DNA of 63,923 bases, counting the filler, from a candidate division TA06 bacterium SM23_40 (GTDB taxonomy: Bacteria > LJUI01 > SM1-40): the NCBI GenBank assembly GCA_001303705.1. It is 4 parts of 4 records of this genome, joined end to end, with 100 filler letters (N's around TTAATTAATTAA, not from the genome) between each part and the next. Parts side by side here need not be neighbours in the genome. Positions count along the whole stretch, not along the records: positions 33,073 to 58,595 come from LJUI01000020.1; 3 more parts are not named here. One strand, given 5' to 3'. The notes under the pieces are model-generated. The model saw only the letters and a program-made list of their open reading frames with translations, ran no database searches and was not told where the DNA came from. Below are positions 47,408 through 56,886 of the stretch, in pieces (position 1 is the first letter of the stretch; every line of letters starts with the position of its first letter). The position numbers and the translations under genes were made by a program.

Positions 47408-47598
47408 CAGATGGGACAATCACTTCACTCCCACGGACGTGAGCCTCGGTTTGAGCTGATGGTTGGTGAAGAGGAGTGGATACGGGTTCCGGTTCAGCAG
47501 ATCTCGCTCACGCTCCAAAGCTGGATTCTGCCGTCGGGCTGACGAGACTCAAGGCATGTGATCACTCCACCTGAGTGAACAGGCCGATTAGGAGGGGG

Positions 47599-48087
47599 AT
47601 GGGCACCGTGAATGATTTGATCAGGGTTATGGGCGAGCTCGAGCGCATCCGTTCAGCGACTCTCGACACGCTGGAGACGCTGACACAGGAACGGCTCGAC
47701 TGGCGGCCGCCCGCTCTGGATGGCAGGGAAGAGTGGTCTCTCGGTGAGGTATTCATGCACCTCGCCATTGATGAGATCTACTTGCGCGAGCTGATCGCGC
47801 GCCCCTTGCTGGAGGGGATAAGCCCTCCGGAAGGTGTGCGGTTCATCCCGCCGCCACCTCCGTACGGAACGGCCAAAGATGTCATCTGGTTCTGGTTCGA
47901 GCGCGCCCGCAGAGAGACGCGCCGTCTCTTCGAGGATTTGCCCGAGGGGGCGAACCTCGAACTTACCCATGAAGGCGGCCTGGAGCCGATGAACGGCCTC
48001 GAGTGGTTCGAGGGATACGCCTCTCACGAGGCGTTTCACCACAGGCAGATCGGAAGGCTGATCGCAGCGCATTCCAGGGCGGAGTGA
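47599..48087 (+). CDS. DinB family protein
   Basis: LDWRP...WSLGEVFMHLAIDE...HEAFHHRQI; RBS GGAGG. Confidence 0.88.
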   Translation: MGTVNDLIRVMGELERIRSATLDTLETLTQERLDWRPPALDGREEWSLGEVFMHLAIDEIYLRELIARPLLEGISPPEGVRFIPPPPPYGTAKDVIWFWFERARRETRRLFEDLPEGANLELTHEGGLEPMNGLEWFEGYASHEAFHHRQIGRLIAAHSRAE

Positions 48088-48246
48088 GGAGAGGACGGGG
48101 GACGGCAGCATTCTCGAAGACTGATGACTGGAGGGAGACACGCGGGCGGAGGCGGGCTGAGTGGGCTGTCGGCTACTCCCCTCAGGAGCAAACCGGCACA
48201 GTGTTCCTTCCGCGGAGGCGATTGGGATGTTGAGGTCGTGGCCTCA

Positions 48247-48275
48247 TTGACAGGGGATGGGCTTCGTGATACTAT
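48247..48275 (+). promoter_or_regulatory. sigma70 promoter (extended -10) for 48349..49959
   Basis: TTGACA-N17-TACTAT with TGn. Confidence 0.65.
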
Positions 48276-48348
48276 GATATGACCCCGGGCGCGGCGATCA
48301 CGAGGGTCATTCTTTTTTCGGCGAATCACCAAGGACAGGGGTACGAGC

Positions 48349-49959
48349 ATGATCTGTCTGCAGTCTCGTTGGCGTCGATTCCGTTCGACAATTCTCATTT
48401 CGCTCATTCTGGTCGCGGTATGGTCAGGCGCAGAAGCGAGAGCGACCTCGGAACTGTACATGACCGGTGCTGAGCGGAGTCTCTCGCTCTCGCCGGATAC
48501 GACCGGTGTCTATACTGATCCCTTCTGGCTCAATCGAACGCTCGTGTGGGGGAATTTCATATTGCCCGAGGAGATCCGCGGCGACTCCTGTTCGTTTCAT
48601 ATCTGGGCACGGAGGAGCGATGTCTCGGGGACTGCGCACTTCCGGGCGACGATATCGATTGATGAATGGGATCTCGCGTCGTTTGATTTCTATCCTGCCA
48701 GCAATACCTACCAGGTGTACGAGCTGGACTTTCCGTGTGTGGTTCCCGATTCGACCGCAGGGCGCGAGGTGGGGCTCACCATCACGCTTGAGAGCCAGAC
48801 AGAGGGCGAGATACGTTATGGCGAGGGTTACGAGTCCTCTATTGAGATCCCGGCCATCGTCGTTCCGATACCGGTCCTCTCGGTCATCGATTCGCTGGCT
48901 GTGCGCTCAGGTCCGCGCGACGTTGCATGGGACGAAGGGAGTTCTACTGTCTGGTATGTCGATGCGGACAGTGAAGTGATGATCGAGCTCGATCCAGATA
49001 CGGGCGATGAGCTGACGGAGATACCCTCGCCCTGTGCGGCACCGGCAGGGCTTAGCTGGGATGGGGTGTCGGTCGGCGGCCCCTATCTCTGGCTCTCCAA
49101 CGCCGATTCGCTCGGCGGCGACGATACGATCTACAAGATCGACATCGCTCAAGGCGCGGCAGTCGATACGTTCGAAGTATCGCTGGGTTGGTGTACCGGC
49201 CTCGGGTGGGACAATGTGACGCCGGGCGGGCCATACCTCTGGTGCCTCGACTTGGAGGCGGAGATGATATTCATGTACCAGGCCGGCGAAGGCTCGCTCG
49301 TGCCCATGACGAACGCACCGCCGCCTGACGGGGATTGCCGGCCGCTCACGGTGGGTAGCGGATCCTACTGGACAGCGACAGTGACGTCGGACGAAGATAC
49401 GATCTTCACGGGCTGGCCCGGGACGACACCGGACCGTTTCGGGATGCCGGGTGGGCCGGAAGATCTTCCGGTTGGGCTTGCGCTCGACGAGACCTCTCCC
49501 GGAGGGCCGTTCCTCTGGTGTGCCGACGCAAACAGAAGATACATCTACAAACTGTCGCCGACTCCCACCCGAGTTGAGGAGGGTGGAGAGGGAGATGTGC
49601 CGGCAGGGCCGCACTCGTGCAGTCTCGAGCTGCACCAGAACTTCCCCAACCCGTTTGGTGGTGAGACGACGATCCGGTTTCGGGTTGCGACGCCGGGATC
49701 GAGAGGCCCGGTCGTACCCCGGGAAGGAACCGCGGATGCGGGACAACAGGTGAGGCTCGCGGTGTACAACCTCCAGGGACAGCTCGTGAGGACGCTCTTC
49801 GGGCATTCTTCGGGGATGTCTGGGGAATTGGTGGCGAGGTGGGACGGGAGGGATGTGGCCGGACGACCCGTGGGATCAGGGGTCTACTTCGTGCGGCTGA
49901 GCCTCGGTTCGAATAGAGGCGAGGAGCACGTAACGAGGAAGATGGTGGTCCTCAAATAG
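48349..49959 (+). CDS. Exported beta-propeller protein with FlgD-Ig/T9SS-like CTD
   Basis: Signal peptide; GLxWD...GGP(Y/F)LW repeats; QNFPNPF...VYNLQGQLVR...WDGRD...GSGVYFVRL...KMVVLK. Confidence 0.85.
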   Translation: MICLQSRWRRFRSTILISLILVAVWSGAEARATSELYMTGAERSLSLSPDTTGVYTDPFWLNRTLVWGNFILPEEIRGDSCSFHIWARRSDVSGTAHFRATISIDEWDLASFDFYPASNTYQVYELDFPCVVPDSTAGREVGLTITLESQTEGEIRYGEGYESSIEIPAIVVPIPVLSVIDSLAVRSGPRDVAWDEGSSTVWYVDADSEVMIELDPDTGDELTEIPSPCAAPAGLSWDGVSVGGPYLWLSNADSLGGDDTIYKIDIAQGAAVDTFEVSLGWCTGLGWDNVTPGGPYLWCLDLEAEMIFMYQAGEGSLVPMTNAPPPDGDCRPLTVGSGSYWTATVTSDEDTIFTGWPGTTPDRFGMPGGPEDLPVGLALDETSPGGPFLWCADANRRYIYKLSPTPTRVEEGGEGDVPAGPHSCSLELHQNFPNPFGGETTIRFRVATPGSRGPVVPREGTADAGQQVRLAVYNLQGQLVRTLFGHSSGMSGELVARWDGRDVAGRPVGSGVYFVRLSLGSNRGEEHVTRKMVVLK

Positions 49960-49975
49960 CATCACATGATCCCGT

Positions 49976-50124
49976 GAGGCTCGGAGGAAACTCAGATTTC
50001 ACGAGGGTCGGAGGAAGCTCAGATCTCATGAGGCTTTGAGGAAGCTCAGATCTCATGAGGCTCGGAGGAAACTCAGATTTTACGAGGCTCGGAGGAAACT
50101 CAGATTTTACGAGGCTCGGAGGAA
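49976..50124. repeat. 27-nt tandem repeat, 5.5 copies
   Basis: GAGGCTCGGAGGAAACTCAGATTTTAC variants, no spacers. Confidence 0.92.
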
Positions 50125-50352
50125 TCTTTTTCTGGATGAGCGCGGGGCGCCGTCTTCTCGCGCCTTGTTACTGGTGGGCCTGAGGTGCGGGCAGCACGAG
50201 GAGGGCGGTTGCTCCCGTGCGCTCCAGGGCCACGTGCACGTGGCTCTGTGGGGGAAGGGTGTGCCGCAGGAGCTGCGATCGAACGACGGTTTTTTCGGTT
50301 GACATAGTGAGGGCAGTTGACGTACAGTATTTGTGTACACATAGACAATTCT

Positions 50353-50523
50353 GGGGACGGGTGCCGTGCAGGTGAAAAGGGAAGTACGGTGAGAGTCCGT
50401 CGCGGCCCCGCCACTGTGAGCGGTGACGAAAGCCGGAAGATCGGTGCGTATGAGCCACTGGGCTACGGCCTGGGAAGGCCCGGCGAGTAGGAGGATCCGC
50501 AAGCCAGGAGACCTGCCCGTTCC
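50353..50523 (+). ncRNA. Cobalamin (B12) riboswitch
   Basis: GGTG...AAAAGGGAA-gtacGGTGAGAGTCCg, GCCCCGCCACTGTGA, GCCACTG...GGGAAGG, B12 box AAGCCAGGAGACCTGCC; upstream of btu genes. Confidence 0.95.
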
Positions 50524-50765
50524 TACGGAGTGACTGGCCCTCGCAGGGAGGGCCCGGCACAGCTGTTGGTGCGCGGTACGCTCGGGACCCCCGTTGGAGG
50601 GTTCTCGGGCGTTCTTGATTTGTGGGCGTTGTACCCGGGCGGAGCAGTTCGTCTGACGGAGCATGCCCGGCGGAGGCAAGATGCCCGCCTCGCGTGTGAT
50701 GCTCGCGCCGGCGCGTTCAGGCAGAACGGCAGTCCATATAGTGGTGTCAGAATGGTCATGTCAAG

Positions 50766-51722
50766 ATGGTGCTGTCAAAGATAGTTGCATCGGCGGGCCT
50801 TAGATCCTGGGTGTCGGCGGCCGCGGCGTGTCTGCACCTCGCGAAGGTATGCATGCTGGCCGCGGTAGGCGCGACACTCGTCGCGGGATGCAGTTCACCG
50901 GAGCGCAGTGAAGAGCTTCAGGCCGCGGCCTATCGGGGAACTGACAGCCTCGATCGCACCGTGGTACTCGAGGTCCAGCCGGTTCGCCTTGTGTCTCTCG
51001 CCCCGAATATCACGGAGATTCTCTATGCCCTGGGAGCGGGGACGCGGGTCGTTGGCGTGACAACTTACTGTAACTACCCACCGGAAGTGACGGGGACCAG
51101 GAGGGTTGGCGACTTCTCTAATCCGAGCCTGGAGCGGATCGTTACTCTCGAGCCGGATCTCGTCTTCCTCACGTCACACGAACAGGGACCTCTCCTCTCC
51201 AAGCTGGAGGGGCTTGGCCTGCGCGCGTTCGTCGTTTATCCACAGACCATCGCGGAGCTACAGGGGATGATCGGGGAGATCGGTGCACTCATCGGATGCG
51301 AGGACGAGGCTGAGACGCTCGCGGCGGAGATAGGAGGGTTGTGGAAGGGAGCGGCAGAGGAGCGGCGGCCCCGGGTATTCCTCGAGATAACAGAAGATCC
51401 CCTGATGACGGTAGGAGACGACTCGTTCGTAGGGGAGATGATACGCCTGGCCGGGGGAGAGAACATCGCACACGATCTGCCCCGTCGCTATGCCGTAATC
51501 AGTCCTGAACGTGTGATCGCAGCGGATCCGGAGGTGATCATCGTTGCCCACCCAGGTGCCAGTAGGGAGACGGTAGGGCAGCGGCTTGGGTGGGGAAGGA
51601 TCGAGGCTGTGCGCAGCGGGAGGGTGTACGACGATATCGATCCCGACCTCATCATGAGGGCCGGTCCGCGCGTGGTGCAGGGCGTGGCCGCTCTCAGAGC
51701 GTGCATAAGTGAAGCCCGCTGA
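50766..51722 (+). CDS. btuF: Cobalamin ABC transporter substrate-binding lipoprotein
   Basis: Lipobox VAGC, RLVSLAPNITEILYALG, VGVTTYCNYP, PSLERIV, RAGPRVV; start may be later. Confidence 0.88.
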   Translation: MVLSKIVASAGLRSWVSAAAACLHLAKVCMLAAVGATLVAGCSSPERSEELQAAAYRGTDSLDRTVVLEVQPVRLVSLAPNITEILYALGAGTRVVGVTTYCNYPPEVTGTRRVGDFSNPSLERIVTLEPDLVFLTSHEQGPLLSKLEGLGLRAFVVYPQTIAELQGMIGEIGALIGCEDEAETLAAEIGGLWKGAAEERRPRVFLEITEDPLMTVGDDSFVGEMIRLAGGENIAHDLPRRYAVISPERVIAADPEVIIVAHPGASRETVGQRLGWGRIEAVRSGRVYDDIDPDLIMRAGPRVVQGVAALRACISEAR

Positions 51723-51764
51723 ACGTGCGGAGGCGTGCTCGGACTCCTGAGTGCGGCAGGTGCT

Positions 51765-52250
51765 AAACAAGTTGACACAGAACGTAAGGGCGTTGACCTA
51801 TCCGGGAGTCAAGCAAGTTGGCCTATCAGGCAACCGCGTTAACGTGTTCAGGGAGCCTGGGAGAGTAGCACAGGAGGCAACCGTGTTCACCCGTTCGGAA
51901 GGGTCAAGCACGGCAACACAGGAGGCAGCGGCGTTCACCCGTTCAGAAGGCTCAAGCACGACAGCACAGGAGGTAGTGGCTTTGACTCGTTCGGAAGGGT
52001 CGAGCACGGCAGCACAGGGGGCGGCGGCGTTCAGTCGTTCAGCAGGGTCAAGCACGGCAGCACAGGAGGCGCTTGCGTTGATCCTTCGGGAGTCGAGGAA
52101 GTCGACACAGCTGGCGCTTGCGTTGACCCCTTCGGGAGTCGAGGAAGTCGACACAGGAGGCAACCGCTATCACCTGTTCGGGGAGTCAAGCAAGTGAACA
52201 GTGGAGGCAAGTGCGTTACCTCGTTTGGCAGGCCAAGTAAGTTGACACTT
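51765..52250. repeat. Degenerate 45-48-nt tandem repeat (~10 units) between btuF and btuC
   Basis: ACAGGAGGC...GCGTTCACCCGTTCGGAAGGGTCAAGCACGGC; exact 48-nt period at 51867/51915/51963/52011/52059. Confidence 0.9.
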
Positions 52251-52388
52251 CTGTCAACATCGTTGTCGGGTCGGCGCGCGGGCGGCCAGCAGACGATCCA
52301 GGCCGGGCAGAGCGGGCGGCGAGTTGCTCGCATCCCGGGTTGAGCCGTGTGGAAGCTCGGCGGTCAGATACAGAGAGGATAGTGCGTG

Positions 52389-53426
52389 ATGAGAGAGGGA
52401 AAGCGGCTGGTCAAGATTGGCCTTGCCTTGCTCTTCCTCGCCGGGAGCGGGTATCTCTGCGTGGCTATCGGCCCGGGGGCTCTCGCCCCGTGGCGATGGG
52501 ATTGGACCTGGGCCGGCACGCTATTCGCCGGCGGGCGGTGGGGGGACCGGACGATGATAAACATACTCCTCAATGTCCGACTTCCCCGTGTGGCGCTGGG
52601 AGCAGTTGTTGGCGCCGCCCTTGCGGGTACCGGGGTCGTGTTTCAGGGCCTGCTCAGGAACCCGCTGGGCGATCCCTACATCCTCGGCGTCTCCTCGGGC
52701 GCAGCGGTGGGGGCGAGTGCCGGGATCCTCCTCGGGCTGGGCGCTTCTCTATATGGAACCGTGCTCATCCCGGTCACCGCCTTCTGCGGCGCCGTCGTCG
52801 TAATGTTCGTTGTGTACGCGCTCGGTCGAGTGGGAGGCAGAGTGCCGCCGGATACACTGCTCCTCGCCGGGGTGATCGTCAATTTCTTTCTCGGCGGCCT
52901 GTTGAGCCTTGCCATGGCGCTTGCCCAGCGCGAGCTTCACGAGATCGTATACATCCTGCTGGGCAATCTCGGACTCATTCTGACGACGACAACGGTGATC
53001 CTGTTCGGCACGGTTGCGTTGCTCGTCGTCGCTGGCCTTGTCGTCGTCTATCTGTTTGCACGCGAGCTCAATCTGCTCGCGCTCGGCGAGGAGCCGGCTG
53101 AACATCTGGGGGTCGACGTCAACCGCACGCGCAAGATTTTATTCGTTGTCGCGTCACTCCTCGTCGGGGCCGTCGTCTCGATCAGCGGCTTGATCGGGTT
53201 TGTCGGGCTGGTGATCCCGCACACGGTGCGCATGGTCTCCGGGCCTGATCACCGCACCCTCATTCCCCTGTCCGCGATGAGCGGCGCGATCCTCCTGATG
53301 TGGGCCGACGCAGTGGCACGCACGGTCGCGCCGACGGAGATACCGGTCGGCGTTGTCACTGCTCTCATTGGTGGTCCGTACTTCATCTACCTCCTGCGGC
53401 GGAGCCACCGGATGGTGATGCCATGA
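52389..53426 (+). CDS. btuC: Cobalamin ABC transporter permease (FecCD family)
   Basis: RLPRVALG, QGLLRNPLGDPYILGVSSGA, GEEPAEHLGV, GLIGFVGLVIPH, EIPVGVVT. Confidence 0.9.
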   Translation: MREGKRLVKIGLALLFLAGSGYLCVAIGPGALAPWRWDWTWAGTLFAGGRWGDRTMINILLNVRLPRVALGAVVGAALAGTGVVFQGLLRNPLGDPYILGVSSGAAVGASAGILLGLGASLYGTVLIPVTAFCGAVVVMFVVYALGRVGGRVPPDTLLLAGVIVNFFLGGLLSLAMALAQRELHEIVYILLGNLGLILTTTTVILFGTVALLVVAGLVVVYLFARELNLLALGEEPAEHLGVDVNRTRKILFVVASLLVGAVVSISGLIGFVGLVIPHTVRMVSGPDHRTLIPLSAMSGAILLMWADAVARTVAPTEIPVGVVTALIGGPYFIYLLRRSHRMVMP

Positions 53427-54253
53427 ACGATCATCGAGGATCGATTCAGATCCGCGATCTCTGGTTCCGGTACGAGGGAGACTGGGTGCTCAAAGGCATC
53501 GATCTCTCGATCGGGCCCGGCGAGGTGTGGGGCATCATCGGCCCCAACGGCGCCGGGAAGTCAACGTTGCTCAGGTGCGTGTCGGGGATCCGTCGGGCGC
53601 AGCAGGGGGAGATATGGCTGGAGGGGCAGAGGCTCGATCGGATGTCGCGGATCGACATTGCGCGGATCATGTCTGTAGTGCCGCAGGAGACTGCGATCGT
53701 CTTCCCGTTTCGTGTGCTGGAGATCGTTCTCATGGGGAGATCACCGTTTCTCGGGCGCTTCGAGATGGCCCGTGAGGGGGACATCGAGATCGCCAGGCAG
53801 AACATGGAGCTCGCAGAGTGCTGGGACCTGCGGGAGAGGCCGGTCACTGATCTATCGGGGGGGGAACGGCGTCGGGTCATGATCGCGAAGGCGCTCACCC
53901 AGTCGCCACGCATCGTGCTGCTCGATGAACCGACCTCCCATCTCGACATCGGGCATCAGGTCCAGATACTGGATGCGCTCCGCGATCTGAGCGTGCGGGA
54001 TGGGGTGACGGTGGTGGCGACGATGCACGATCTCAACCTGGCGAGTGAGTTCTGCGGGCGCCTGGCACTGATGGCGGATGGACAAGTCGTAGCAGAAGGG
54101 AGGCCGGAGGAGCTCCTCGTGCCGGAGCTGCTCGAGCGGGTGTACCATGTGAGGCCCGATATCGCCGAGAATCCGAGGACGGGAAAGCCGATGGTATTCG
54201 TCGGCACAGCAACAGGAAGGCGCGGCCGGGCCGGGACTCTCGTCGAAGAGTAG
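53423..54253 (+). CDS. btuD: Cobalamin ABC transporter ATP-binding protein
   Basis: GPNGAGKST, LSGGERRR, LLDEPTSHLDIGHQ, MHDLNLA; ATGA overlap with btuC. Confidence 0.88.
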   Translation: MNDHRGSIQIRDLWFRYEGDWVLKGIDLSIGPGEVWGIIGPNGAGKSTLLRCVSGIRRAQQGEIWLEGQRLDRMSRIDIARIMSVVPQETAIVFPFRVLEIVLMGRSPFLGRFEMAREGDIEIARQNMELAECWDLRERPVTDLSGGERRRVMIAKALTQSPRIVLLDEPTSHLDIGHQVQILDALRDLSVRDGVTVVATMHDLNLASEFCGRLALMADGQVVAEGRPEELLVPELLERVYHVRPDIAENPRTGKPMVFVGTATGRRGRAGTLVEE

Positions 54254-54402
54254 GCCGTAGATATCGGCCCGTATCCGCAATCGGACGGACGGCAATCGAT
54301 TTGTAACTATACCTCGCTCAGGTCTGCGCTAAAACTTCCTCTGCGATACAACTGTATCTGCGGTCGGACCGTGGCTCGACAACATCTGGGGAGGGTGAGA
54401 AG

Positions 54403-56352
54403 ATGGCATATGGAGGAAGGCGACCGGGGAGGCTGGCGAACTGGATGGTGCCCCCGACGATATGCCTCCAGTTCGTACTGGCGTCTGCTGTGGGTCTCCA
54501 CGCAGCGAAGATGCCGGAGGCCGATGCGCGCGCGCCAGGCGCGACTGGCGGGGAGGTCACGGACATAGATTCCCTGCCCTACGTTCCCATTCCCAAGTAT
54601 ACCTATGTGCTCGAGGAACTCGTGGTGACGGCATCGCGCATACGGGAGCCGGTCCGGACCGCGCCTGCGAGCGTAGCTGTCATCAGTGCCGAGGAGATCG
54701 TCGACTCGGGGAGCGACCTGTTGAGCGACGTGCTCGACCCGATCGCGGGCGTGAACGTGGCCCGGTACGGCTGGGTAGGGCAGCTCTGTACCGGCGGCCT
54801 GCGCGGCTCGACGTACCAGCAGGTGCTGTACCTGTACGACGGTCGTCCCTTGTATGACCCGCACACGGGCGGATTCGATCTCTCGCATACAGCAATCAAC
54901 GGGTTCGAGAGGATCGAGACTCTATTGGGAGGCGCGTCATCCCTGTACGGGGCGAATGCACTCGGAGGGGTCGTCAATCTGATTCCCAAAGTCTTCGACG
55001 GAGATGTGCCGTACACAAAGGTCACACTCGAACGGGGAACCTACAACACCTCGTTCAGCCGGCTCGAGTTCGGCACGCAGCTCAGCGAACGGTTGGACGT
55101 TTATGTCACGGGCGAGTACCGAACGACCGAGGGGTTCAGGGAGAACAGCGATTCGAAGGGAAGGAGTGCATCTGCAAGAGCGCGGTATTGGCTGAACGAT
55201 CAGCTGAATCTCAATTTCTCGATCAATCGATTCAACGGCGAGCTTGGCGTCCCCGGTTCTCTCACATGGCCGTCGTCAGATGCGCGCCAGCGGGACAACC
55301 GGGTCGATATGGACGTGGGCCTACAGGGAGAAATCGGCTCATATGGCTATTCGAAACTGAACCTCTACGGGAGCGATATCTGGTACCGGTATGAGGATGC
55401 GTGGGGGACGACGAGCCACACTGACTTCATAGGAGGTGGGGTCGTACAGCACACGTTCCCCGAGTGGCGCGGGCAGCGCCTCACCCTAGGAGCGGAGGGC
55501 GAGATGGTAGAGGCGCGCGTCAATGCAGGAGATGAGGACCGGACCCACCGTGAGGGCCTGTACGTTCGGGGAGTGGTTCGCCCGATCCCGCGGCTCTCTC
55601 TCGTCGCGGGGGGCCGATATGACCACCATTCTCAGTACGGCTCACACCTCTCTCCATCCGTGAACGCCGGCTATGAGATCGGTCCCATGCTCCTCGCCTT
55701 CGCGGGATACGATCATTCGTACAAGGCTCCGACACTGAACGATCTCGATCCCCGATGGAACGGCGACCCGGGTCTGAAGCCGGAGCAGGCAGATGCGGTT
55801 CAAGTAGGTCTCAGAGAGCAGGGTTTGCTCCCGGTCGAGGCACAGGTGGCGGCGTTTGCCCGTCGGACGAGCGACGAGATCATCTGGGTGACAGACGACG
55901 GGTTCAACTGGTATCCGCGCAACATTGGACGGACGGAGGCAAAGGGATTGGAGGTGAGTCTTCGTGGCGAGCTCGGGGCCGGATTCAGCGGCGCGGCTGC
56001 GTACGCCTATGCTGACGTACGAGATCGTGAAACTGAGAAGCTGATTCTGTACCGTCCCCAACACAGGGTGTCGGGGCATCTCCAGTACCGCCGTGCGTTG
56101 AGGCACGACCGGGTTCATGTGACGCTGCGGATCGGGGGACTGCACGTTGGAGAGCGGTATGCTGACAACGAAGAGTCGACGGCAGTGGAGAGCTTCACTC
56201 TTGTGAACGGCAGGGGCGTGCTCAAGATCGTCGACGTCTCCCTGTACTATGAGATCGACAACCTCCTCGATAGCGAATATCAGTACATGTTCGATTACCC
56301 GATGCCCCGCAGGACGACTTCCATCGGCATCGCGTGGGAGTTCTGGGACTAA
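54403..56352 (+). CDS. btuB: TonB-dependent receptor, probable cobalamin receptor
   Basis: EELVVTASR, plug FERIETLLGGASSLYGANALGGVVNLI, KAPTLNDL, IDNLLDSEY..YPMPRR; in the riboswitch-led cluster. Confidence 0.85.
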   Translation: MAYGGRRPGRLANWMVPPTICLQFVLASAVGLHAAKMPEADARAPGATGGEVTDIDSLPYVPIPKYTYVLEELVVTASRIREPVRTAPASVAVISAEEIVDSGSDLLSDVLDPIAGVNVARYGWVGQLCTGGLRGSTYQQVLYLYDGRPLYDPHTGGFDLSHTAINGFERIETLLGGASSLYGANALGGVVNLIPKVFDGDVPYTKVTLERGTYNTSFSRLEFGTQLSERLDVYVTGEYRTTEGFRENSDSKGRSASARARYWLNDQLNLNFSINRFNGELGVPGSLTWPSSDARQRDNRVDMDVGLQGEIGSYGYSKLNLYGSDIWYRYEDAWGTTSHTDFIGGGVVQHTFPEWRGQRLTLGAEGEMVEARVNAGDEDRTHREGLYVRGVVRPIPRLSLVAGGRYDHHSQYGSHLSPSVNAGYEIGPMLLAFAGYDHSYKAPTLNDLDPRWNGDPGLKPEQADAVQVGLREQGLLPVEAQVAAFARRTSDEIIWVTDDGFNWYPRNIGRTEAKGLEVSLRGELGAGFSGAAAYAYADVRDRETEKLILYRPQHRVSGHLQYRRALRHDRVHVTLRIGGLHVGERYADNEESTAVESFTLVNGRGVLKIVDVSLYYEIDNLLDSEYQYMFDYPMPRRTTSIGIAWEFWD

Positions 56353-56539
56353 GGCCAACAGGAGCGGTAATGGCGGCCGGTCTTGAGTCGAGCAGTGACA
56401 GGGGTCCCGCCCATTTGACAACCAGGGCCTCTATTGCCATTATTAAGGTAGCCACCGGGTGGCTGCCTTTTTGGTGTCTGGCGCACACGGCACGACCTCC
56501 CGGCCCCCGAAGGGGGTGGAGGAGGTTGTGCCTCGCGCG

Positions 56540-56886
56540 AACCGGGCGGGTGGTTAGATGGCTCGGCCGGGGAACGGGCGCTGGCGGCGAGCGCTCGATA
56601 AGGGGATGGACGCTGGCGGCGAGCATGCTCGACGAGGGGAGGGACAGAACCGGCGGTTAGCCAGCGTGACCAAGGAATGGGTGCTAACGGCGAGCGCTCG
56701 ATAAGGGTACGGACGCTGGCGGTGAACGTGGTCGGCGAGGGGATGGACGGTGGCTGCGAACAGGCTCGACGAGCGGAGGAACAGAACCGGTCGTTAGCCA
56801 GCGTGACGAGGTAATGGGTGCTAACGGCGAGCGCTTGATAAGGGAATGGACGCTAACGGCGGACGTGCTCGACGAGGGAATGGACG
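56540..56886. repeat. Degenerate 32-35-nt modular tandem repeat with higher-order duplication
   Basis: GGCGAGCGCT(C/T)GATAAGG x3; ACAGAACCGG..GTTAGCCAGCGTGAC..AATGGGTGCTAAC x2. Confidence 0.85.

Noticed and set aside
49976-50124. CRISPR-like appearance of this and the other arrays
   Set aside because: Units are contiguous without unique spacers, and no cas genes are present.
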